A DNA stretch of 32,000 bases from an uncultured archaeon (GCA_964426185.1 CAYRPF010000009.1:2602-34601); one strand, 5' to 3'. Numbered from the stretch's first letter, positions 8,377-18,437 are shown. Notes: generated by a model from the letters alone, not told the origin. Translations and numbers: made by a program.

Positions 8377-9978
8377 ATGGGTGTGAAAGCGATTTCAAAC
8401 AAAGAAATGAAATATATTTTGGCTTTTGATCACGGAACGTCTGGAATGAAAACGGCTCTTTGCTCCATTCATGGAGAAATTTTAAGTTTTGCATTTCAAA
8501 ACTATGATATGTATTATTTTGAACAAGGTTGTGCTGAACAAAACCCTGAAGATTGGTGGCAAGCTTTGTTAAAAACGAGTAAACAAGTTATTGATCAGAC
8601 TAATGTTGATCCTTCTCAAATAATCGCTATCTCCTCTAGCAACCAAATGGATGGTACCATACCTGTTGATGCAAATGGAAGCCTTCTTCATAATTGCATC
8701 ACATGGTTGGATAGTAGAGGTTCCACTGTCATTAAAGAAAAATTTGGGGGAATAATTGGGGGGTATAATTTCAAAACTATATCTAATTGGCTTTTTCGTA
8801 CTGGAGGCGTTCCTGGTCTTTCTGGCAAGGATATCATTGCTCACATTCTCTGGTTGAAAAAGAATTTTTTGGATATTTACGAACGAACGTGGAAATTTCT
8901 GGATTGTAAAGATTTTCTCAATTTTCGTTTAACTGGGAAAGTTGCCACTTCGTATGATTGTGGTATACTTACATGGCTGGTAAACGACACAGATATCAAT
9001 AATATTCATTATGATGATAAGTTAATTCGTTTAGCACAGTTAGATCGAGAGAAACTTCCAGAAATTTATCCAGCAACTCATATTTTAGGTCCTGTACTTC
9101 CTGAAGTCTCCCAAGAGATAGGAATTCCCAGAAACACTCAAGTTATCATTGGAGCTGGGGATATGGCAAGCGCAGCGATAGGATCTGGTGCTCTAAATCC
9201 AGGACAGGCACATGTATGTCTTGGTAGTTCATCTTGGATTATCACTCATACACCTCGTCGAAAGTTGGATATTGATCATTACATTGGATCAATTCCTTCA
9301 GCCATGCCATCTATGTATATGATTGTCGGCGAACAAGAAGCAGCAGGAATCACCTTATCTTGGTTAAAAGACAATATCTTATACCATAAGGATCAACTCC
9401 TACAGGAAGAACAAAAACCCGATGTTTACAAAATTTTTGACTCTTTGGTTGATGAAGTGCCCCCTGGTGCAAATAATCTGATCTTTACCCCTTGGTTGTA
9501 TGGGGAACGCAGTCCTATGGAGGATCATACTCTCAGGGGTGGATTATTTAATATCAGTTTGGATACCGATCGTCGCCATCTTTTACGTGCGATATTTGAG
9601 GGGGTGGCATTTAATTCCAGGTGGTTACTTCAATACGAAGAGCGATTGATTGGGCGAAAATTTTCAGAGATTTCGATGATTGGGGGCGGTGCATCTAGTG
9701 ATGTTTGGTGTCAAATATACGCTGATATTCTAAATCGAAAAATAAAGCAAGTAGAAGGCGGTAAAGAGGCAAATTCCATCGGAGCTTCCCTAATTGCTTC
9801 TGTGGCTTTAGGAAAAATAAAATGGGGTGATATTCCTAATTTGATTAAATTTAAAGCAGAATATACACCTCGCTTGGAATATAAAGAAACATATGATAAA
9901 TTATTTCAAGAATTTACCAATATTTACACGAATAACCGCAAGATGTATCAGCGGTTAAACCGGTTCAATACGTCCTAA
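8377..9978 (+). CDS. FGGY-family carbohydrate kinase (xylulokinase-like)
   Basis: AFDHGTSGMK, EQNPEDWW, WLDSR, GAGD, PWLYGERSP, RAIFEGVAF, IGGGA. Confidence 0.9.
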   Translation: MGVKAISNKEMKYILAFDHGTSGMKTALCSIHGEILSFAFQNYDMYYFEQGCAEQNPEDWWQALLKTSKQVIDQTNVDPSQIIAISSSNQMDGTIPVDANGSLLHNCITWLDSRGSTVIKEKFGGIIGGYNFKTISNWLFRTGGVPGLSGKDIIAHILWLKKNFLDIYERTWKFLDCKDFLNFRLTGKVATSYDCGILTWLVNDTDINNIHYDDKLIRLAQLDREKLPEIYPATHILGPVLPEVSQEIGIPRNTQVIIGAGDMASAAIGSGALNPGQAHVCLGSSSWIITHTPRRKLDIDHYIGSIPSAMPSMYMIVGEQEAAGITLSWLKDNILYHKDQLLQEEQKPDVYKIFDSLVDEVPPGANNLIFTPWLYGERSPMEDHTLRGGLFNISLDTDRRHLLRAIFEGVAFNSRWLLQYEERLIGRKFSEISMIGGGASSDVWCQIYADILNRKIKQVEGGKEANSIGASLIASVALGKIKWGDIPNLIKFKAEYTPRLEYKETYDKLFQEFTNIYTNNRKMYQRLNRFNTS

Positions 9979-9992
9979 GATCTCATAAGATA

Positions 9993-12032
9993 TCATTCTT
10001 CTTCCACAGTGACTTCTTCATAAACATTTTCTTGTTCAATTTCTTCCAAGAAACGCGATGGGCCGCTGATTTGATCGCTATCAAAACGGTGAATGATTTC
10101 TGGATACGTCAAATAAAGCACATCCTTTGCTCGAGTACATGCTACGTAGAATAATCGTCTTTCTTCTTCGATCTCCATAAGATCTCCGATAGAACGTGAA
10201 GAAGGCATTCGACCATCAACAAGATTAATTATATAAACCACTTTCCATTCCAATCCTTTAGCTTGATGCATTGTAGATAAAATTAAAGGACGTTCTTCTT
10301 CGGTACGATCTCCTTGAAGGATTGTTTCCCCTTTAAGATTATATTGGGTTAAAATATCTGCAAGAAATTCCCGAACGGAGTGATATTTAGCCGCGAAATT
10401 TTGTAATTCGTTGAGGTCTGCGATTCTTTCATCCGCATTAGGATATTTATTGGAAAAAAAGGGAGTTACATATTTTGTGAAGGTTTTTAATAGATTTGGT
10501 AATTTGGGCCATTTATCTTCAGGAAGCATATTTCTAGAGTGTGAGGAAAAAACGAGTTTTCGCAGAAGTTTCTGCAATTTCCCTAAATTTTCCAGCCCAA
10601 CTTTGCGCAATCGTTTGCCCTTGAATACCATAGGTAGATTGCAGAATACAAATGCACTAAGTAAATTGGAATCTTGGCTAATTTGGGTAATGATTTTCTG
10701 GGCTCCATTATTGGATATTCCTTCATGCATTGATAATACCCGAATCCACTGAATTGTATCCGCATGATTTACTAAAATACTCAGATATGCTAGTAAATCC
10801 TTAATGTGTGCTTGTTCAAAGAATCTTACCCCTGCTCGTAATTCATAGGGAATATTTTGTCGAACTAATTCATGTTCAAGTTCTAATGCATGGAATCTTG
10901 CTCTGAACAACACGGCTTGCTCATGTAGTGGAATTCCTTCATCACGATGGGTTAAAACTTGTTGACAAATCAATTGGGCTTCTTGTTCTAGTGAGATACA
11001 TGGAACAACCATTGGCATATCTTGATTTCCACGAACCGCACGGAGATTTTTTGGAAATCCTTTGGTATTTTTAGCAATGCTGGAATTAGCCATAGCCAAA
11101 ATTTCTGGAGTACTTCGGTAATTTGTTTCTAACTTGTAAATTTTACAATCAGGAAAATGCTTAGGAAAATGTAACATGTGCTCATAATTACCCCCACGGA
11201 AACGATAAATTGCTTGTGCATCATCGCCCACCACTGTTATAGAAGCTGCTTTTTTACCTAATTCGTAAACGATCTGTGCTTGAATGGCGTTTACATCTTG
11301 AAATTCATCCACTAAAACATGACGAATTTTTTGAGAATAATGAGGGCCTATTTCAGGGTGTTTAAGCAATTTCAAATAATTTACCATGAGATCATCGAAA
11401 TCCATCACATTATTTGCGCGCTTTTGCTTGGCGAAAATTTCTAAGGTTTCAGCAATTTCTTGTTTTAAATGTTCATAAGCAGGATAGGTCGTGGATATAA
11501 TTTCTGAAAGTGTTTTACCTAAATTAATCATTTTGGAGTAAATATCTAAAATTTGCTCTGCTTTGGGATGTCGTTGCTTGTTTTCTTGATTAAATCGATT
11601 AGAAATGATAAATTTCATAAATTGCTTTTGATCTCCAGAATCTAAAATTGTAAAATTAGGTGTATAACCGATGGATTTCGCATATTTTCTTAAGGCTAAA
11701 TTGGCAATATGATGAAAAGTCCCCGCTTTTAAGCCTCTAATTTGTTTACCGATAAGACCTTCTACTCGAGAAATCATTTCTTGGGCAGCTTTTTTTGTAA
11801 AAGTAACCAGAATGATGGATTCGGGAGCTACGTGATTCTCAATTAAATAAGCCACTCGATATGTTAACATCCGTGTTTTTCCTGATCCTGCTCCTGCAAT
11901 AACAAGTGCTGGGCCTTTAGGATGTAATACCGCTTCAAGTTGTTCGGAATTCAATTCTTGCTGGTATTTTGGTGGAATTTCGATTGTTGCTTTCTTTAAT
12001 TTGATAACTTTCTTTGTCATAAATTTTATCAC
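9993..12032 (-). CDS. UvrD/PcrA/Rep-family SF1 DNA helicase
   Basis: AGAGSGKT, TFTKKAA, VDEFQD, VGDDAQAIYRFRG, NYRST, STMHQAKGLEW, EEERRLFYVACTRA. Confidence 0.95.
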   Translation of the reverse strand: MIKFMTKKVIKLKKATIEIPPKYQQELNSEQLEAVLHPKGPALVIAGAGSGKTRMLTYRVAYLIENHVAPESIILVTFTKKAAQEMISRVEGLIGKQIRGLKAGTFHHIANLALRKYAKSIGYTPNFTILDSGDQKQFMKFIISNRFNQENKQRHPKAEQILDIYSKMINLGKTLSEIISTTYPAYEHLKQEIAETLEIFAKQKRANNVMDFDDLMVNYLKLLKHPEIGPHYSQKIRHVLVDEFQDVNAIQAQIVYELGKKAASITVVGDDAQAIYRFRGGNYEHMLHFPKHFPDCKIYKLETNYRSTPEILAMANSSIAKNTKGFPKNLRAVRGNQDMPMVVPCISLEQEAQLICQQVLTHRDEGIPLHEQAVLFRARFHALELEHELVRQNIPYELRAGVRFFEQAHIKDLLAYLSILVNHADTIQWIRVLSMHEGISNNGAQKIITQISQDSNLLSAFVFCNLPMVFKGKRLRKVGLENLGKLQKLLRKLVFSSHSRNMLPEDKWPKLPNLLKTFTKYVTPFFSNKYPNADERIADLNELQNFAAKYHSVREFLADILTQYNLKGETILQGDRTEEERPLILSTMHQAKGLEWKVVYIINLVDGRMPSSRSIGDLMEIEEERRLFYVACTRAKDVLYLTYPEIIHRFDSDQISGPSRFLEEIEQENVYEEVTVEEE

Positions 12033-12115
12033 GGAGAAAATTGCGTTTCAATTTAGGATATTTGCAAACCTTTTAAAGAATTCCTCTCCGTTATATTACT
12101 GATTTAGTACGAAAG

Positions 12116-13387
12116 TCAAAATCGCCGATTTAAAATTCCTCGTAAATCTGCAAGGAAAGCATCAATATGGCTTTGGGTGACATGTGGCATACTCACAAAT
12201 CTCAATAAAGACCACTGTTCGAAATATCCCAAATACCATCCATGCTCCCTTAAAATTTGGTTTAATTTGAAGATATTTCTCGGATTATCGTATTTATTGG
12301 TGAATTGGATGCCAAGAACATTGATTTGTGGGGATTGTGCGATTTGCAGATGTGGAATCTTCTGAATTTGATCTTCTAAATATTTCGTTAAATCCCAAGA
12401 TTGCTGCATGATTTTCAAAAATCCATCCATTCCTAATAAATGAATTAGACCCCAAAAAGCAATAGCTGGCGCTCCAGGTCGAGTTCCTAAAATATTGAAA
12501 CTCTTAAAACCACCTCCTGCCAAATAAGGAATTTGAAATCCATTTTCAATTTCAGTTTTCTGATTCCGAACTAAAATGATGCCAGATGGATTAACATTCA
12601 TTCCCATTTTATGGGGATCTACACTGAACGAAGAAATATAAGGAGAACGAAAATCATATGTCGGATATATATGCCCTAATTTCTCTAAAAATGGTAAAAC
12701 AAATCCGCCGAATGCACCATCTATATGTAGAAACTTACGGTGTTTTTTGGCTAATGATGAGATATTATCTATAGGATCTACCAATCCCAAAGAACTAGTG
12801 CCTGCTATCCCCACCAAGGAAATAGTATTTTCATCAATTAATGTTGCATAAATATCCATTTTTGGGCGATAATTATCATCTAAAGGTGCATATCTTAATT
12901 CAATATTCATCAATCGGGCTATTTTTTTAAAACTATAATGAGCCGCTTCAGACAGGACGATATTTGGTTGTTTTATTTCGGAATGAATTGATTTTGCTAA
13001 ATACATGGCTATAAGATTAGATTCAGTTCCTCCCGAAGTCATATTTCCTTCTATTGGTTGATTTGAAGTGTTTCCCAATAAATTTGCCATCATTTGGATT
13101 AATTGAGACTCAATCTTTGCAGTTCCGGGATTTAATCCTCTATCCCCTAGATTCTTTTCCAAATACTTTGAATACAATTCAGCAGCAAATGGATGAGGTT
13201 GGGTGGACATTGCTCCCAAAATTCGACCCGAATTATAAGAAACATCCGACACAAGTTTTTCATTTATTAAATTATACACAAACTCTGGATTTGAACCTGA
13301 AATCGGGAAATAATTAGTTAAAAATGCGTTTGGAGAAAAGAGGCTATCATAATCTATTAAAATTTTACTTTTTTGGCTTAATTCCAT
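12116..13387 (-). CDS. mfnA: PLP-dependent L-tyrosine/L-aspartate decarboxylase (MfnA family)
   Basis: GRILGAMSTQPHP, NLGD.GL.PGT, SGGTESN, HIDGAFGGF, DPHK (PLP lysine), GTRPG; ATG 13387 preferred over TTG 13450. Confidence 0.88.
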   Translation of the reverse strand: MELSQKSKILIDYDSLFSPNAFLTNYFPISGSNPEFVYNLINEKLVSDVSYNSGRILGAMSTQPHPFAAELYSKYLEKNLGDRGLNPGTAKIESQLIQMMANLLGNTSNQPIEGNMTSGGTESNLIAMYLAKSIHSEIKQPNIVLSEAAHYSFKKIARLMNIELRYAPLDDNYRPKMDIYATLIDENTISLVGIAGTSSLGLVDPIDNISSLAKKHRKFLHIDGAFGGFVLPFLEKLGHIYPTYDFRSPYISSFSVDPHKMGMNVNPSGIILVRNQKTEIENGFQIPYLAGGGFKSFNILGTRPGAPAIAFWGLIHLLGMDGFLKIMQQSWDLTKYLEDQIQKIPHLQIAQSPQINVLGIQFTNKYDNPRNIFKLNQILREHGWYLGYFEQWSLLRFVSMPHVTQSHIDAFLADLRGILNRRF

Positions 13388-13605
13388 TATTAAATCATCA
13401 ATTCTCCATATATGTTTTTTTATTACACACAAACAGACTGTGCATTTCAAGGTAGATACTATCTAAAAGTATACTGTCCAGGCCAAATATTTTTCCTTAG
13501 CTCATATCACGCTAAAATTGCCTTAAAATTTTAGAATGATCTAGTTTATACTATTAAATACGAGTAATTAAATCACAAAATTGATTTCCCATAATAATCA
13601 AAGAT

Positions 13606-13790
13606 TTAACATTTTTTTCCTACTTATCGCTTAGTCACTTACCATTCAATAATTAATCGCTATATGTCCAAACTCCGATCTTATACTTCACTTTTTCACA
13701 GTCATCAGATAACTAACACACCATCACATTAATACGTTAGTTCCCACCCTCAGATATTAGAAAAAGTTTAGAGAGATAATTGAAAATAAT
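13606..13790 (-). ncRNA. Candidate structured non-coding element, copy 2 (homologue of 566-780)
   Basis: Minus strand carries GAGG, ACTAACGTATTAATGTGATGGT, ATGACTG, ATAAGATCGGAGTTTGGA and GAAAAAAATGTTAA in the same order as copy 1; TCTAA..TCTGA can pair with TCGGA..TTGGA. Confidence 0.55.
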
Positions 13791-13875
13791 TATTTTTATT
13801 TTTCCCGGAGCATTGAGGAAGCTGATCAAAGGGTGATCAGTGGTTGATTGTTATTAATCTCCCTTTATTTCAGGA

Positions 13876-14499
13876 ATGGTAAATATGGGTGTAAAAAAAG
13901 AATGTGAACTTTGCGGTCGTGAAACCAATTCTCTTTTTCGGCGCGAAATTGAAGGCGTGTTGATGTATGTCTGCTCGGATTGTAAAGAATATGGCGAAGA
14001 ACCTCAAGTAGATCGCCAAATGCGGGCTAAACAAGTTCGACGTAGTAGAAATAGCGAAAAATTCCATGGCATGTATGGTTCGAAAACCAATTCATCTACA
14101 GGAACTACTCCTTCACGTTCAACTATGAGTTCTTCCTCACGTTCCCTTTCCCATTCACGAAAAAGAAAACCTCGGATTGCAAATCTTAAGGTAATTGATA
14201 ATGCCGCAGAGATTCTTAGAAAATGTCGAACTAAATTAGGGTTTTCATCGAAAGATTTCGCTCAATCAGTACTAATCAAGGAAAATTATTATAAACGTAT
14301 TGAAAAACAAACTACTCCTCTCCCAATTGATATTGCACGAAAATTTGAAAAAAAATATCACATTGACTTAATAAAAGAAGAAGAAGAAGATGGTGCTGAT
14401 CGTGAAATTTTATCACGCTTCATGGCCAAAGATTCTAAATCTTCAGAATCAGTGATTTATTTCAAAAAACGAGGTCAAAAACCCGAATACGATCAGTAA
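13876..14499 (+). CDS. mbf1: Archaeal multiprotein bridging factor aMBF1 (Zn ribbon plus Cro-type HTH)
   Basis: CELCG...IEGVLMYVCSDCKEYG N-terminus; HTH region ILRKCRTKLGFSSKDFA...KRIE...ARKFEK. Confidence 0.9.
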   Translation: MVNMGVKKECELCGRETNSLFRREIEGVLMYVCSDCKEYGEEPQVDRQMRAKQVRRSRNSEKFHGMYGSKTNSSTGTTPSRSTMSSSSRSLSHSRKRKPRIANLKVIDNAAEILRKCRTKLGFSSKDFAQSVLIKENYYKRIEKQTTPLPIDIARKFEKKYHIDLIKEEEEDGADREILSRFMAKDSKSSESVIYFKKRGQKPEYDQ

Positions 14500-14525
14500 T
14501 TTCATTAATCTAGGATCGCTTTATC

Positions 14526-15797
14526 GTGAAAAAATACGCAGTTATAATTCAAGTCTTTCATCCTCATCTACATCATTATTCCATAACAGAGATGGAAGGA
14601 TTGGCAGAAAGCGCAGGGTACGTTATTTGTGGACATGTTACTCAAACGGTAGGGCAGATAAACCCCACCTATTTTTTGGGAAAAGGCAAATTTCAAGCCT
14701 TGCAAGCTTTTCTGGATAAATTTTTCAAAGATTCTCAAAAAACGAAAGGAAAAGATACTCCAGAAAGAGATAATTTTATTTTACCATACTCAGAGTCAGA
14801 TTCTTCACTTGATAGCGGTCTCTATGAAGATGATGATACTTCTGGGATTGTTTTTCCTTCTGAGTTAGTTAATCGTTCTCAATTGACTCTAATTTTTAAT
14901 AATCGGCTGAGTTATTCGCAGATTTCGATCTTGGCGAAACAACTAGATGTATTGGTTAAAGATCGCGATGATATAATTTTAGAAATTTTCGAATTAAACT
15001 CCCGAACAAGAGAAAGTAAACTACAAATTGAATTAGCTCGCATGGCTTTACAAACAAATATCATCAAAAAAGAATTCGGAGCCCACATGTCAGAAAAACA
15101 AGGACGAGATTTTATGGGTAAAGGATTGCGAGGGTGGGAACCTCAACTACGGGCATTCAGACAGCGAAAAAAAAAAATCCAGCGCGAATTAGAAAATATT
15201 TCTCACCAACGAGCTTTGCGCCGCAAACGACGCCAAAAAATGTTCAATGTCGGAGTTGTGGGTTACACAAATGCAGGAAAATCTACTTTAATGAATACTT
15301 TGGCAAGAACTTCTTTAGAAACAGCTGATCATGAATTTACAACCATTTCTCCCGTCAGTCGTAAGGTAACTTTTCCTGAATTTGATTCTATGGGCCAATG
15401 GATCGGTGATGAAGTGATTTTAACCGATTCTGTTGGATTTATTATGGATATGTCTCCTATGTTAATTGATGCTTTTTTAAGCACCCTGGAAGAACTCCAA
15501 TTTTCCGATTTGCTGCTTATTCTGGTTGATGGTGCGGATGAACTCTCTTTAATTGAAATAAAAATTAGTACAACTCTTTCCATTCTTCAACGAATCCATA
15601 TTGATGAACTTCCCCGATTGTTTCTATTGAATAAAATCGATCTGTTAACACAAGATGAACTCTCAAAACGCTTGAAGGCTCTCTCCCAAATATATCCTCG
15701 AGAAAAATGGTTGCCAGTTTCTGCAAACGACAAATCTTCTTTACAAAATGTTATTAAAGCAATTCGGACTTATAAAGAGAAACATTTTCATCGTTAA
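14526..15797 (+). CDS. hflX: Ribosome-associated GTPase HflX
   Basis: EMEGLAESAGY, YFLGKGK, ILEIF...ESKLQIELA, VGYTNAGKST, DSVGFI, NKID; GTG start. Confidence 0.93.
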   Translation: MKKYAVIIQVFHPHLHHYSITEMEGLAESAGYVICGHVTQTVGQINPTYFLGKGKFQALQAFLDKFFKDSQKTKGKDTPERDNFILPYSESDSSLDSGLYEDDDTSGIVFPSELVNRSQLTLIFNNRLSYSQISILAKQLDVLVKDRDDIILEIFELNSRTRESKLQIELARMALQTNIIKKEFGAHMSEKQGRDFMGKGLRGWEPQLRAFRQRKKKIQRELENISHQRALRRKRRQKMFNVGVVGYTNAGKSTLMNTLARTSLETADHEFTTISPVSRKVTFPEFDSMGQWIGDEVILTDSVGFIMDMSPMLIDAFLSTLEELQFSDLLLILVDGADELSLIEIKISTTLSILQRIHIDELPRLFLLNKIDLLTQDELSKRLKALSQIYPREKWLPVSANDKSSLQNVIKAIRTYKEKHFHR

Positions 15798-15965
15798 GCA
15801 TTTTTGCAGAGTTTTAATCGTTTTTTTTTTACCACGAATTAAGTTAATTCTCTGATTTTACTCACAATTTCCTTATGCAATTGAATGTACTACGAAGAAG
15901 CCAAAATTTTTTTTGTTATGCGAAATTTTGTTAGGTATAATCTGATTTTTAATTGCAAGCTGAAT

Positions 15966-16048
15966 GCGGCGGTAATCAAGTGGTTAAGATGCTGGACTGC
16001 TAATCCAGTGCCTGTATGGGCGCGAGGGTTCAAATCCCTCCCGCCGCG
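15966..16048 (+). tRNA. tRNA-Ser (anticodon GCT), long variable arm, no intron, CCA not encoded
   Basis: Acceptor stem GCGGCGG/CCGCCGC with discriminator G; anticodon arm CTGGA-CTGCTAA-TCCAG; T arm GAGGG-TTCAAAT-CCCTC. Confidence 0.96.
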
Positions 16049-16307
16049 TTTCAGAGCTTATCTTACTTATTCTCTTTTATTGAAAATATTTTAATTTTTC
16101 AGCCATTGATGAAGAATCGGCATATTTTAATAAAAGTGTTCATAATCAATCTTGGAATCTTGAACTATGCAATTCTGATGTGAATTTTAAAATAATTCCG
16201 TGAATTTACGCGATTTACCTTCCTGTGTGAACTTACATAAAGCATCTGCATAGTAAGCAAAAAATTTATTACAAAATAGAGAAATTGAAAAGATTGGAGA
16301 GAGATAA

Positions 16308-17549
16308 ATGGTTCAACCGTTAAAATTAGATAAATCAAATTCTTTATATAAAGAAGCACTCGAATTAATTCCGGGCGCAATATTAGGAATTCGCCGTCCT
16401 TATAATTTTGTTGAAGGAGAATATCCCGTCTTTTTCGATCGAGCAAAGGGAGCTAAAGTATACGATGTCGATGGGAATGAATACATTGATTATCTCTGTG
16501 CTTATGGCCCCATTATTATCGGTCATCGTGAACCCGAAATTGATAATGCAGTAATTGCTCAAATTCAAGAAAAAGGATTTTGCATGTCATTAACTCAGCC
16601 TGTCCAGAACGAATTGGCTAAAAAGCTACGTTCTTTGATACCCTCTTGTGAAAAATGTGTTTTTGTAAAAACGGGTTCAGATGCAACTACTACTGCTATA
16701 AGAATTGCACGAGGTTATACTGGTCGCACTAAAATTCTACGATGTGGATATCATGGATGGCACGATTGGTGTGTCGAAGTGAAAGGTGGGATCCCTAAGA
16801 AATTATATGAAGATGTATTTGGATTTGAGTACAATAATTTAGAAGAGCTTGAAGCATTAATGAAACAACACGGACCTGAAGTGGCTGCAATTATTATTAC
16901 CCCAGTTGGTCATCCCTTAGGTCACAAAGTTCAAATGCCGAACCCTGGATATTTAGAAGCAGTCAAGAAATTGGCTCATGATTATGGAGCCATTTTGATC
17001 TTTGATGAAATTCGGACTGGATTTCGGGTAAATCTCGGAGGGGCCCAAAAGGAATTTGGAGTGACTCCAGATTTGGCCGTATTTGGAAAAGCGATTGCGA
17101 ATGGATACGCTATCTCTGTCGTGGTTGGAAAAGCAGAAATAATGGATGTGTTGGAACATGAAGTATTTTTGAGCTCAACGTTCTTTCCGAATAGTTTGGC
17201 ACAAGTGGCTGCGTTAAAAACAATTGAGATTTTGGAAAGAGATGATGTTTTAGGTGTTGTTCGGAAAAAAGGGACTAATTTTGCCAGAGGTGTGCAAGAA
17301 ATCATAGAAGATAGCGGTGTTCCGTGTGAATTTTCTGGCGGTCCTTGGATGCCTTTTATAACCTTCAAGCATGACCTGGAAAAGAAATATAAAAAGTTAC
17401 GTCCGGCTTTTTACACTAATTTAATCCGGCGAAAAGTCTTTTTACAACCCTATCATCACGGTTATATAGCCTATCGTCATACTGATGATGATTTGAGTTA
17501 TACATTAGAGGCAATTCAAGCAAGCTTGCACGAAATCAAAAATTTATAA
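16308..17549 (+). CDS. kat: Class III PLP aminotransferase, probable 3-aminobutyryl-CoA aminotransferase
   Basis: GSAM-like fold (DVDGNEYID, GYHGWHD, FDEIRTGFR, FGKAIANG); directly upstream of kce in a lysine fermentation cluster with no kal in the window. Confidence 0.75.
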   Translation: MVQPLKLDKSNSLYKEALELIPGAILGIRRPYNFVEGEYPVFFDRAKGAKVYDVDGNEYIDYLCAYGPIIIGHREPEIDNAVIAQIQEKGFCMSLTQPVQNELAKKLRSLIPSCEKCVFVKTGSDATTTAIRIARGYTGRTKILRCGYHGWHDWCVEVKGGIPKKLYEDVFGFEYNNLEELEALMKQHGPEVAAIIITPVGHPLGHKVQMPNPGYLEAVKKLAHDYGAILIFDEIRTGFRVNLGGAQKEFGVTPDLAVFGKAIANGYAISVVVGKAEIMDVLEHEVFLSSTFFPNSLAQVAALKTIEILERDDVLGVVRKKGTNFARGVQEIIEDSGVPCEFSGGPWMPFITFKHDLEKKYKKLRPAFYTNLIRRKVFLQPYHHGYIAYRHTDDDLSYTLEAIQASLHEIKNL

Positions 17550-17580
17550 TGATTTTTTATTCTAATACAGGTGAACATAA

Positions 17581-18405
17581 ATGGAGAAATTAATTATCAC
17601 TGCGGCCATCTGCGGAGCAGAAGTAACAAAAGAAAATAATCCTGCTGTGCCTTATTCCATTGAAGAAATAGGGATTCAAGCTGAAAGTGCATATAAGGCG
17701 GGAGCTAGCATTATTCATTTACATGTACGAGATGATGATGGAACTCCCACACAAGATAAAGATCGATTTGCTGCTGCCATGGAAGAAATAAAGCGGAGAT
17801 GCTCAGATGTAATAATTCAGCCATCTACTGGTGGTGCTGTGGGTATGACTGATGAAGAACGCTTGCAACCAACCGAGTTGAATCCAGAAATGGCTACTTT
17901 AGATTGTGGTACTTGTAATTTTGGTGGTGATGATATCTTTGTGAACACTGAAAACATGATCATTAAATTTGCTCAACGCATGAAAGAACGGGGTATTAAG
18001 CCAGAGTGTGAGGTCTTTGACAAAGGTATGATTGATATGGCCTTAAGATTACATAAAAAGGGTTATATTCCAGGTCCTGGCTCGTTGCATTTCAATATGG
18101 TCATGGGAGTTAATGGTGGGATCAGAGGCACTCCGAGGGATCTACTTTTTATGGTGGAAAGTATCCCCTCTGATGCAACTTTCACGGTATGTGGAGTAGG
18201 TAGGGCAGAATTTCCCATGATAACTCTTTCCATCTTATTGGGCGGTCATGTACGGGTTGGATTTGAAGATAACATATATTTATCCAAAGGAGTACTGGCT
18301 AAATCAAATGGAGAATTGGTCGAAAAAGCAGTCCGCATAGCCCGTGAATTGGGTCGAGAAATTGCCACTCCTGAAGAAGCTCGAAAAATTTTGGGTCTTA
18401 GATGA
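17581..18405 (+). CDS. kce: 3-keto-5-aminohexanoate cleavage enzyme (DUF849/BKACE)
   Basis: KLIITAAICGAE, IIHLHVR, STGG, LDCGTCNFG, RVGFEDN; GGTGA RBS upstream. Confidence 0.93.
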   Translation: MEKLIITAAICGAEVTKENNPAVPYSIEEIGIQAESAYKAGASIIHLHVRDDDGTPTQDKDRFAAAMEEIKRRCSDVIIQPSTGGAVGMTDEERLQPTELNPEMATLDCGTCNFGGDDIFVNTENMIIKFAQRMKERGIKPECEVFDKGMIDMALRLHKKGYIPGPGSLHFNMVMGVNGGIRGTPRDLLFMVESIPSDATFTVCGVGRAEFPMITLSILLGGHVRVGFEDNIYLSKGVLAKSNGELVEKAVRIARELGREIATPEEARKILGLR

Positions 18406-18437
18406 TATTTTTTCTTTTTTTCTATCTTCCATTTTCA

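Noticed and set aside
13690-13767. Hammerhead ribozyme or fluoride riboswitch on the minus strand (CTGATGAC...GAAA)
   Set aside because: Stem II is absent and stem I is not adjacent to the core; CTGATGA is not conserved in copy 1, which keeps only ATGACTG.
15966-16048. tRNA-Sec or a tRNA-anchored integrated element
   Set aside because: Anticodon is GCT with a 7-bp acceptor stem; I saw no integrase and no duplicated tRNA 3' end in the window.
15885-16094. 69-aa ORF
   Set aside because: It overlaps the well-formed tRNA-Ser on the same strand and has no protein motif.
16308-17549. Glutamate-1-semialdehyde aminomutase (hemL)
   Set aside because: N-terminal motif is LGIRRPYNF rather than the HemL-type GVNSPVR, and the context is lysine catabolism.
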